A stretch of DNA of 32,000 nucleotides from Nitrosospira multiformis ATCC 25196 (GTDB taxonomy: Bacteria > Pseudomonadota > Gammaproteobacteria > Burkholderiales > Nitrosomonadaceae). The notes below the pieces were generated by a model, which had not been told where the DNA came from, made no database searches, and was given only the letters and a program-made list of their open reading frames with translations. This document shows positions 16,785-24,727 of this stretch, in pieces. The first letter of the stretch is position 1. Each line of letters opens with the position of its first letter. The position numbers and the translations under genes were made by a program. Location: positions 240,001-272,000 of the forward strand of contig NC_007614.1 of assembly GCF_000196355.1 (NCBI RefSeq). The letters are read 5' to 3'.

Positions 16785-18104
16785 ATGAAAAAAAGATTGC
16801 CGTTAAATCTTTTCCTTGATTGCCGTCGCTGGATTGCAGTAATTGCCTCTTTGGGTTTTTTTTTGTTGGACATGCAACAGGCAATGGCTCAACAGACGAC
16901 GCCCCATCCCCCCAGGATGGTGCCCGACAAGACTTTCAGCGTGACCGCGGGCACCACATTTACGTATGACAGCAATGTCTTTCGTTTGTCTCCCCTCGTT
17001 AATCCGATTGCATTAACCGGCCAACCGCGGAGAGCCGATCAGATCATCATCACGTCTGCAACTCTTGGGTTTAATAAAAGATATTCCATGCAACGCTTCG
17101 AGGTAACAGGCACCCTGGTTGATAATCGTTACATGAATTTTGATTTCCTTGATTTTCTCGGAAAAAATTACAACGCGGCCTGGCACTGGTATGTAACCCC
17201 TTACCTTCATGGCAGATTGACTAGCCGCCACAGTGAGGCGCTTAACAATTTTGCAAACCTCTCCGGTTTTCTGAATGGCACGAATCGCAACCTACGCACC
17301 CTTGACAACTATCATTTCGATGGAGTTCTTGAGCTTAACCGGGCGTGGCATCTCATTGGAGGGCTTGACCATAGCATCATGAAGAACAGCCGCTTAACCA
17401 TTCAGGATTTCAACAACAAGGTTACCTCGGTGGAGGGGGGAATACGCTATGTCTCCAGTTCCGGCGGCTCGCTCACTTACAGAGTGAGAAGCGGGCGCGG
17501 GGAGTTCATCAATCGACCCGCGCCTCTTCCCGAGTTTCTCTTTGATACCCGTTTCGATGAAATGGAGCACGATCTCCGCATGCATTGGCCCGTCACGGTC
17601 AAGACCTCCATAGAAGGACGAATCGGCTACCTCGACCGCAAACATGCTCATTTTTCCCAGCGGGACTTCGCCGGCTTCGTGGGCGATCTCAATATAAGTT
17701 GGATGCCGACCAGCAAAGTGCAAGTGATGGGAGGATGGTCCAGACAATTATCCAATTATCAGACTGCACCATTTGCCTTTCAGCATTCTATCTTTGAGCG
17801 TTTCTCGAGTAGTTACATTGCCACCAATCGCTTCTCGATTGCCCCGACCTGGCAAATCACGGAAAAGACTGCATTGAGGGTGCGCTATGATTATGTTCTC
17901 AGTGATTTTCATGGCGCTGTTGTTCCTCTTCCTACAGAGAGCCGGAGCGATCAGATGCATTCCGGTCTGGTTGCTCTCGATTGGCGGCCACTTAACACAC
18001 TCTACTTAAGCGCCGCTTTTCATCGGGATCATCGCAGTTCCAACCATCGCGGCTTTGGTTTTGACAGCACCGCAGGAAGTGTGTCGGCCACGCTTAATTT
18101 TTGA
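16785..18104 (+). CDS. epsL: outer-membrane beta-barrel protein of the XrtB polysaccharide locus (EpsL-like)
   Basis: 439 aa. Has a signal peptide and an alternating amphipathic beta-strand pattern throughout. The C-terminus ...SATLNF ends in Phe, the OMP signature. Its position between the priming transferase and epsD matches EpsL-type loci. Confidence 0.7.
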   Translation: MKKRLPLNLFLDCRRWIAVIASLGFFLLDMQQAMAQQTTPHPPRMVPDKTFSVTAGTTFTYDSNVFRLSPLVNPIALTGQPRRADQIIITSATLGFNKRYSMQRFEVTGTLVDNRYMNFDFLDFLGKNYNAAWHWYVTPYLHGRLTSRHSEALNNFANLSGFLNGTNRNLRTLDNYHFDGVLELNRAWHLIGGLDHSIMKNSRLTIQDFNNKVTSVEGGIRYVSSSGGSLTYRVRSGRGEFINRPAPLPEFLFDTRFDEMEHDLRMHWPVTVKTSIEGRIGYLDRKHAHFSQRDFAGFVGDLNISWMPTSKVQVMGGWSRQLSNYQTAPFAFQHSIFERFSSSYIATNRFSIAPTWQITEKTALRVRYDYVLSDFHGAVVPLPTESRSDQMHSGLVALDWRPLNTLYLSAAFHRDHRSSNHRGFGFDSTAGSVSATLNF

Positions 18105-18366
18105 TGATCAAGCAATCCATGTTCGCTATTATTACTATTGAGAGGAGTTGGGAAAAGGTGATTTACAATGGGAGTCTGGTAGTACGAACGGACTATTGCA
18201 GCCAAATACCACCTCGGCTACCGTGGTTGTCAGCTACCTGAATTACACGCCGGTATTGACGAGAATCTGTACTGGCAGGAAGAGTGAACTGCTTGAAAAA
18301 AAGGATTGTTTTAAATTATTGTCCTATTCTTTAACCGAAAAGCCAATGGCTCAACAAATTGATCAT

Positions 18367-19338
18367 ATGAAAATGAATCGTCAGAAATTCATAACGCCAC
18401 TATTACTTCCGTTGCTTGTTTTAGGACTCGCAGCCTGCGACAAAAAAGAATCCTCACAACCGGCCAGCCAGGTAGCGGCCAAAGTAAATTCCGGCGAAAT
18501 ATCCGTGCATCAACTCAATTATGTTCTGGCCAGAGCCACGCGCAATAGCGCAAATTCTCCGGAAAATGCATCCAGGATTCGCCGGGAAGTTCTTGATCGC
18601 CTGGTCGATCAGGAACTTGCGGTAGAACAGGCTATCAATAAAAAACTTGACCGTTCGCCGGAAGTTCTCATGGCCCTGGATAATGCACGTAGAGAGATTC
18701 TTGCACGTGCCTATCTCGAGCAGATCACTGCGGCTACTCCAAAGCCAACCGTCGAAGAAGCAAAAACCTACTATTCGGAACATCCACAGCTTTTCGCGGA
18801 ACGGCGCATTTATAACATACAGGAAATTGTGCTTCCTTCATCAGCCGGCGTCGCGGACGAGCTGCGGGAAATGCTCGACTCAGGCAAACCCATGGAAGAC
18901 ATTGCGAAGTGGCTCAAAGGCAAGGACATAAAGTTTGCCGCTGGCAGCGCAACACGTTCCGCCGAGCAGATTCCCCTTGAGATCCTGCCCAAGATACATC
19001 CGCTGAAACCCGGCCAGGGCTTGCTCATCCAGGGTCCGCAATCGATTACCCTCATGCGGATCGCTGCCGCACAAACGGCGCCGATTACCGAAGCAGCAGC
19101 GTTGCCGCGCATCCAGCAGTTTCTTGGAAATCAGCGCGCGGCGGAAGCCGCCCGGGGGGAAATAAAGGCTCTCAAGGCAAAAGCCAATATCACCTACATG
19201 GGCGAATTCGCTGTTCCGGATAAAAATGCATCCGGGGGAGAAAATTCCGTTTCGTCAGTCGCCAGTGCTAGGGATTCAAGTTCGCCCCAAGCCGATAATC
19301 CCGGCCTTGAAAAGGGTGCGGCGGGTTTGTTGAGATAA
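18367..19338 (+). CDS. epsD: peptidyl-prolyl cis-trans isomerase, EpsD family (SurA/parvulin-like lipoprotein)
   Basis: Lipoprotein signal MKMNRQKFITPLLLPLLVLGLAAC. SurA-like N-terminal chaperone region followed by a degenerate parvulin-like domain. Start is placed at 18367; the ORF track extends 73 codons upstream to a TTG, which is unlikely. The exact start is uncertain (18346, 18367 or 18373). Confidence 0.75.
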   Translation: MKMNRQKFITPLLLPLLVLGLAACDKKESSQPASQVAAKVNSGEISVHQLNYVLARATRNSANSPENASRIRREVLDRLVDQELAVEQAINKKLDRSPEVLMALDNARREILARAYLEQITAATPKPTVEEAKTYYSEHPQLFAERRIYNIQEIVLPSSAGVADELREMLDSGKPMEDIAKWLKGKDIKFAAGSATRSAEQIPLEILPKIHPLKPGQGLLIQGPQSITLMRIAAAQTAPITEAAALPRIQQFLGNQRAAEAARGEIKALKAKANITYMGEFAVPDKNASGGENSVSSVASARDSSSPQADNPGLEKGAAGLLR

Positions 19339-19366
19339 CACAATTATCAAGAGGAAGTTCGACAAT

Positions 19367-20161
19367 ATGTTCCAAATTTTGGTTCGTACCTTGATTCTTT
19401 TATCCATGTTGTTTTCGGTTAAGGTTTTTGCCGAGAGTCCTGACTACCCGCTGGGTCCGGGTGATATCCTGCGCATTCAGGTTTTTCAAAATCCTGACCT
19501 TACTACTGAAACCCGGGTTTCCGAAAGTGGTTCCATCACCTTTCCGCTGGTTGGCGCTCTCGAGGTCGGAGGACTTTCTGTTGCTTCCGCCGAAAATAAA
19601 CTTGCAGCCGCCCTTAAAAAGGGAGGGTTCATAAAGCAACCCCAAGTGACCATTGTCCTCCTGCAGATGAGGGGTAGTCAGGTGAGTGTGCTGGGGCAGG
19701 TCAATCGACCGGGACGCTTTCCACTGGAAACCCTGAGCAGGGTGAGTGACATGCTGGCTGCCGCGGGAGGTACCACTCCGCTCGGCGACGATTTTGCAAT
19801 CGTTACCGGTACACGCAACGGACAGGCCTTCCGAAAGGTGATCGATATTCCCGCACTCTATCTGGAAGAGAGATCCGATGAAGATATCATCCTTGCTGGA
19901 GGAGACACGATTTATGTTCACCGGGCTCCCGTTTTCTATATTTACGGCGAGGCCCAGCGGCCTGGTGCTTATCGTATCGAGCGAGGCATGACCGTAATGC
20001 AGGCTCTGGCTCAGGGCGGGGGGCCGACTCCGCGTGGTAGCGAATGGTGGTTGCGCCTTCATCGCAGAAACGCGGATGGGGTCGTGGAGAAGCTTTCGCC
20101 CGACATGACCGATGCTGTCCAGCCTAATGACATAATTTATGTGCGAGAAAGCATTTTTTAA
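19367..20161 (+). CDS. epsE: polysaccharide export protein EpsE (Wza/Poly_export family, periplasmic)
   Basis: 264 aa. Signal peptide. Poly_export motif YPLGPGDILRIQVFQNPDLT...GSITFPLVGALEVGGLS, plus SLBB-type repeats. GAGGA is the SD. Confidence 0.88.
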   Translation: MFQILVRTLILLSMLFSVKVFAESPDYPLGPGDILRIQVFQNPDLTTETRVSESGSITFPLVGALEVGGLSVASAENKLAAALKKGGFIKQPQVTIVLLQMRGSQVSVLGQVNRPGRFPLETLSRVSDMLAAAGGTTPLGDDFAIVTGTRNGQAFRKVIDIPALYLEERSDEDIILAGGDTIYVHRAPVFYIYGEAQRPGAYRIERGMTVMQALAQGGGPTPRGSEWWLRLHRRNADGVVEKLSPDMTDAVQPNDIIYVRESIF

Positions 20162-20175
20162 GAGTCTTCCGGACT

Positions 20176-21567
20176 ATGACACTTCAACAATTTTTACTCA
20201 TCCTTCGTGCCCGGTATAAGGTAGTCCTCTATATTTTATTGTTTACGGTAATCGCTACCCTTGTAGTCAGTTTGCTATTGCCTAAACAATATACCGCTGG
20301 TACAGCTGTAGTGGTTGACATTAAATCGCCCGATCCGGTAGCGGGGATGGTATTGCCCGGTTTGACGTCACCTACTTACATGGCTACCCAGGTCGACGTG
20401 ATCAATAGCGACCGTGTAGCAGAGCGTGTCGTAAAAATGCTGCGCCTGGATGAAAGCCCTGTCGTAAAGGAGCAGTGGGAGGAGGACGGAAGCAAGGGTG
20501 AGCTTACCACCTGGCTGGCCAACTTGCTGAAAAGAAAGCTTGATGTCAAACCTTCCCGGGAAAGCAACGTAATCTACATTGAGTATACCGGGAATGATCC
20601 CAATTTTGCCGCCGCTGTTGCAAACGCTTTCGCTCAAGCTTATATCGACGTGAATCTGGATTTGAAGGTCGCCCCTGCCCGCCAGTATGCCCACTGGTTC
20701 AAAGGACAAACTGCCGCTGCCAGGGATGAGCTAGAGCGAGCCAAAGCTGCACTTTCCGCGTATCAACAGGAAACCGGTCTCGTCGCTACCGAGGAACGTC
20801 TGGATTACGAAGTAGCCAAGCTCAATGAACTTTCAAGTCAACTTACTCTTATCCAAGCCCAGACATCGGACAGTAGCAGTAAACGGAAAGCCGCTGAAGA
20901 TCCGGACACTTTAGCTGAGGTCATACAGAGCCCGCTAATAAATAGCCTCAAATCGGATATTGCGCGCCTCGACGCAAAGCTTCAGGAAAGCAGCGCCTAT
21001 CTGGGACCAAATCATCCACAAACCAAACGCACTCAATCTGAACTCGCGTCTCTCAGAGGCAAGCTATCCGCTGAAACACGCAAGATTCATAGCAGTATCG
21101 GCACTTCATATGAAGTGGGGAAGCGAAAGGAGCAAGAGTTGCTCGAGGCGATGGAAAGGCAGAAGGGGCGCGTGTTGGAGCTTAACAGACAGCGTGATCA
21201 GATGAGTGTTCTTCAAGGGGATGTGGAAGCTGCGCAACGCAATTTCGAAGGCATAAGCCAGCGTAGTGCCCTCACCCGTCTGGAAAGCCTTTCCGTTCAG
21301 ACTAACATAACCCCGTTGAACCCTGCTTCAGTCCCGAGTGAGCCGTCAAGCCCTAAATTGCTGCTCAATACATTGATCTCCATCTTTCTAGGTACGCTGT
21401 TGGGTGTGAGCGCCGCTCTGGTTATGGAATTGATGAATCGACGCGTGCGTTCTGTAGAGGACATCGTGGAAGCCATAGAGATTCCGGTGCTGGCGGTAAT
21501 GTCCGGCCCGTCTCGCAACAAGCTTTCGAGTCGTCTTCCCAAATTACCCAACCCGGAAACCAGTTAA
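20176..21567 (+). CDS. epsF: chain-length determinant protein EpsF (Wzz/GumC-type polysaccharide co-polymerase)
   Basis: 463 aa. N-terminal TM helix (VVLYILLFTVIATLVVSLLL), a long coiled-coil periplasmic region, and a C-terminal TM helix (LLLNTLISIFLGTLLGVSAALVM). Confidence 0.88.
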   Translation: MTLQQFLLILRARYKVVLYILLFTVIATLVVSLLLPKQYTAGTAVVVDIKSPDPVAGMVLPGLTSPTYMATQVDVINSDRVAERVVKMLRLDESPVVKEQWEEDGSKGELTTWLANLLKRKLDVKPSRESNVIYIEYTGNDPNFAAAVANAFAQAYIDVNLDLKVAPARQYAHWFKGQTAAARDELERAKAALSAYQQETGLVATEERLDYEVAKLNELSSQLTLIQAQTSDSSSKRKAAEDPDTLAEVIQSPLINSLKSDIARLDAKLQESSAYLGPNHPQTKRTQSELASLRGKLSAETRKIHSSIGTSYEVGKRKEQELLEAMERQKGRVLELNRQRDQMSVLQGDVEAAQRNFEGISQRSALTRLESLSVQTNITPLNPASVPSEPSSPKLLLNTLISIFLGTLLGVSAALVMELMNRRVRSVEDIVEAIEIPVLAVMSGPSRNKLSSRLPKLPNPETS

Positions 21568-21587
21568 TACTCAAACGGAGCTACATC

Positions 21588-22517
21588 ATGAATCCCGTAA
21601 GCGCCAGTTTGCCTGCCATCAAGCGGAGTCAGAATTCCAATTCCCGCGAGTCGTTCTTTGCTGGCCGAACTCAAATCATTGGAAATAGCAGTTCGATCGG
21701 AGCTATTCTCGTCAATGCGGGAAGGCTATCCGAGGAGAATGTGACCCGCATACTGGAAGCGCAAGTACAGCAGCAAAACCACTTTGGTGAAGCGGCCATA
21801 TGCCTCGGCTTGCTCACGGAAGACGATGTGCGCTTTGCTCTTTCGCGCCAGTTTAACAATCTCTATCTGCCAGCAGGGGACAGCAGCCTCAGTCATCATT
21901 TAATTGCGGCTTACAAACCGTTCAGTCCTGTCGTCGAACACCTGCGAAGCCTACGCAGCCAGCTCATGCTGCGCTGGTTCGAGCCGGATACTGACCGGAA
22001 CGTGCTTGCCATTGTCAGCCCAGGGCTGGGAGAAGGTCGAAGCTTCATAGCTGCCAATCTTGCCATCGTTTTTTCGCAGCTTGGCAAAAGTACATTGCTC
22101 ATCGATGCAAATCTTCGGGCGCCCCGGCAGCAGGAATTCTTTAAAGTGAATACAGGTGGGGGCTTATCCAGCTACCTTGCAGGCCGTGCTGGTTTGGAGA
22201 GCATTGTCAGAATTCCTTCATTGCTTGGACTTTCTGTCCTGCCCGCGGGTGCAGTACCGCCAAATCCGCAAGAACTTATCGGTCGACCCGTTTTCGCGGA
22301 TTTGCTGCAATCGGTTGGCTGCGAGTTTGATGTCGTTATCGTGGATACCCCCTCAGCAAGCGAATACGGGGAAGCGCAAATCATCGCAACCGAGGCCTCT
22401 GCTGCCTTGATTGTCCTTCGAAAGAATCATACCTCTCTATCACGCACCGTGGATCTTGCGCGACGTTTCCAGCAGACGGGCGCTGCGGTAGTAGGTTCTG
22501 TGCTGAATGATTTTTGA
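21588..22517 (+). CDS. epsG: EpsG, BY-kinase-like P-loop protein (chain-length regulator partner) with an MshEN/T2SSE_N-like N-terminal domain and atypical catalytic motifs
   Basis: 309 aa. Core IVSPGLGEGRSFIAANLAIVFSQLGKSTLLIDANLRAP...DVVIVDTPS aligns to the Walker A, A-prime and B motifs of bacterial tyrosine kinases, but with K->R and DxD->DxN. The N-terminal 110 aa carry a tandem repeat similar to GspE/MshE N-domains. Confidence 0.85.
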   Translation: MNPVSASLPAIKRSQNSNSRESFFAGRTQIIGNSSSIGAILVNAGRLSEENVTRILEAQVQQQNHFGEAAICLGLLTEDDVRFALSRQFNNLYLPAGDSSLSHHLIAAYKPFSPVVEHLRSLRSQLMLRWFEPDTDRNVLAIVSPGLGEGRSFIAANLAIVFSQLGKSTLLIDANLRAPRQQEFFKVNTGGGLSSYLAGRAGLESIVRIPSLLGLSVLPAGAVPPNPQELIGRPVFADLLQSVGCEFDVVIVDTPSASEYGEAQIIATEASAALIVLRKNHTSLSRTVDLARRFQQTGAAVVGSVLNDF

Positions 22518-22693
22518 ACAATAAAGGCGGTATGGATTTAGGGTAATACCCCATGGATGGTTCGCGTGATCGAAATTCCACGAACATCAGGCGCTAAACG
22601 AAAGGGATGGCATATATCTTATATTTTCTTCATTTTCTTGATTCGCTTGGGAAAACAGAGAGGAGGGCTATTGGCCCAGTTGGGAAGGCCGTA

Positions 22694-23158
22694 TTAATTC
22701 CGGCGCCGCCACTCTGCCCGGAGCAGGGCAATACCGATAAGGCTACCTGTCACATCAGCGGCAAAATCATCCCACCCCGGCTTGCGGCCGGGCAGATACA
22801 TCTGGTGACATTCATCAAACAAGCCGATCAGCGTTGCCCCGAGAAATGCGAGGCCCACCCGTCGCCAGCCAGGGATGCCGCTTGCTGCCCCTCCTATAGC
22901 CCCAGTAAGCACGGCGAAAATAACAGCGTGGACCAGCTTATCCCAAGGACTGGGTACCAGGTTTACGGCAACAGGGTGCGCTCCACCGGCAAATAGACCC
23001 GTCAGAATTCCCAGCACGAGCAACATGGAGGCAGTGCGAAGGTAGCGAGATGACAGATATTGTGAAAACAAAATGATTATAAATTCCTCAATTATCTTCA
23101 ATAGAAAAAACCCGCCAGCGGAACCCCGCAATCTCATGCTCATCTGGCTACCTATCAT
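22694..23158 (-). CDS. VanZ-like family membrane protein (antisense to the eps operon)
   Basis: DKLVHAVIFAVLTG...FDECHQMYLPGRKPGWDDFAADVTGSLIG fits the VanZ (PF04892-type) pattern. Four predicted TM helices. The start is uncertain: Met codons at 23158, 23143, 23137 and 23026. The 23026 start would give a 110-aa four-TM protein. Confidence 0.7.
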   Translation of the reverse strand: MIGSQMSMRLRGSAGGFFLLKIIEEFIIILFSQYLSSRYLRTASMLLVLGILTGLFAGGAHPVAVNLVPSPWDKLVHAVIFAVLTGAIGGAASGIPGWRRVGLAFLGATLIGLFDECHQMYLPGRKPGWDDFAADVTGSLIGIALLRAEWRRRN

Positions 23159-23987
23159 TGCCGGGTTAATCGTACTTTATTTACCAAGTCTGGTCGATCT
23201 TTTTCGCGGCGTCTGGTCCACAGATCAGCAAGCTCATGGTCCGATTGTGCTGAGTATCGCCTGTTGGCTTATCTACCGGAAGTGGCCGGAAATGTGGCAT
23301 CAGAGCGAGTCGGAGCCTTCAGCTCCGGCTGCAGGCTGGCCCATCTTTATTTTTGGCCTGATCCTCTATGTGATCGGGCGCTCCCAGGAAATCCTGCTGT
23401 TCGAAATCGGCTCGGTAATCTGGCTGCTTGCCGCCATTGTTTTGCTTATGCGCGGCTCCCGCGCGCTCAAGGTGCAATGGTTTCCGCTCTTTTTCATGTT
23501 GTTCATGATTCCTCTCCCCTCCGCCTTCGTCGATGCTCTGACAATGCCGATGAAAATGGCAGTTTCATATGTGGCGGAAACCATTCTTTTCTGGTTCAAC
23601 TACCCCATCGCGCGTACCGGAGTGATCCTGCAAATCGGGCAATACAAGCTGCTGGTAGCAGATGCGTGTGCAGGCCTTCATACTCTCTTTACGCTCGAGG
23701 CGCTCGGCCTGCTCTATCTTAATCTGGTTCGTCACGACTCGTTATTCAGAAACGTCGCATTGGCTATCTTCATTGTCCCGATATCCTTCACCGCCAACGT
23801 TATACGGGTAATGGTACTGACACTGATTACCTACCATTTCGGCGATGAGGCGGGGCAAGGCTTCCTGCACGGCTTCGCCGGCATGGTGCTGTTCCTCAGT
23901 GCCCTCCTGCTGATCATTGGGGTCGATTCACTATTACAAATGGCAGTCAGGTTGCGTGTTAGAAGCAACGCGCTTGGCGACGCATGA
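23136..23987 (+). CDS. xrtB: exosortase B (EpsH/XrtB)
   Basis: Polytopic membrane protein with the exosortase Cys/Arg/His signature: LLVADACAGLHTLF, FTANVIRVMVL, GFLHGFAGMVLF. N-terminal LYLPSLVDLFRGVWSTDQQAHGPIV. Alternative start at 23073. Its stop overlaps the epsI start. Confidence 0.88.
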   Translation: MLIWLPIIAGLIVLYLPSLVDLFRGVWSTDQQAHGPIVLSIACWLIYRKWPEMWHQSESEPSAPAAGWPIFIFGLILYVIGRSQEILLFEIGSVIWLLAAIVLLMRGSRALKVQWFPLFFMLFMIPLPSAFVDALTMPMKMAVSYVAETILFWFNYPIARTGVILQIGQYKLLVADACAGLHTLFTLEALGLLYLNLVRHDSLFRNVALAIFIVPISFTANVIRVMVLTLITYHFGDEAGQGFLHGFAGMVLFLSALLLIIGVDSLLQMAVRLRVRSNALGDA

Positions 23988-24667
23988 TGATGAATCCCTG
24001 GCTAAGAAACTGCTTACTTCTAGTACTCATGCTCGCTGCCTCAGGCCTCGCGCTTGCATTGAAGCCTACCCAAAAAATCGCCGACCAGGGTCCGGCAGTC
24101 GACCTCGAAAAAATAATACCGAAGGAATTCGGAGACTGGAGGGAAGAGCAGCACAACTTCATACAAATGGTCGATCCCCAGCAAAAGGAGCTGATCGAAC
24201 GTATCTACACCCAGACATTGAGCCGTACGTACGCGAATTCCAACGGCTATCGCATCATGCTGGCAATAGCCTATGGTGACGATCAAAGAGATTCCATGCA
24301 AACACACTATCCGGAGGTGTGTTATCCGGCACAAGGTTTTGAACTGATATCGAGAGAGAAAGGAAGCGTTGTCTCGCCAACGGGTTCGATTCCAGTTGTG
24401 CAGCTCGTAACCTCGCTGGAAAAACACAGGATTGAACCTGTCACGTATTGGGTAATGATAGGCGACATGCCAATAGTCCAGGGCTGGAAAAAGAAGCTGG
24501 CGGAGATGCAATATGGCTTGAGGGGGCTGATTCCCGATGGACTGCTTTTTCGGGTTTCATCCATTGATGAAGATAACCGGCACGCATTTGAAATGCACCA
24601 GGCATTCATAAACGATATCCTGGCCGCAATGCCGGTAATACAACGAAAGCGATTTTCAGGAACGTGA
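23984..24667 (+). CDS. epsI: EpsI family protein (exosortase-associated periplasmic partner)
   Basis: 227 aa. N-terminal anchor NCLLLVLMLAASGLALAL. Immediately downstream of xrtB and translationally coupled to it. The size and position are canonical for EpsI. Confidence 0.8.
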   Translation: MMMNPWLRNCLLLVLMLAASGLALALKPTQKIADQGPAVDLEKIIPKEFGDWREEQHNFIQMVDPQQKELIERIYTQTLSRTYANSNGYRIMLAIAYGDDQRDSMQTHYPEVCYPAQGFELISREKGSVVSPTGSIPVVQLVTSLEKHRIEPVTYWVMIGDMPIVQGWKKKLAEMQYGLRGLIPDGLLFRVSSIDEDNRHAFEMHQAFINDILAAMPVIQRKRFSGT

Positions 24668-24727
24668 TGACGCAGGGGTTAGCAGCTTTTTTCTGGTCAT
24701 CTTCCGGGGCTGTTTGAAACAGCGGAT

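Noticed and set aside
19400-20062. 220-aa minus-strand ORF
   Set aside because: It is antisense to epsE, which has a signal peptide and the Poly_export motif. Shadow ORF.
22083-22094. GKST tetrapeptide in EpsG as an alternative P-loop lysine
   Set aside because: It aligns to the conserved G-K/R-x-V/T just before the Walker A-prime strand (..AxxGKKVLLIDxDLR.. in BY-kinases), not to the phosphate-binding loop. It does not rescue the K->R change in the true Walker A.
22607-22996. 129-aa plus-strand ORF that would keep the eps operon co-directional
   Set aside because: The minus-strand frame gives a clear VanZ-family motif set and four TM helices. The plus-strand translation has no motifs.
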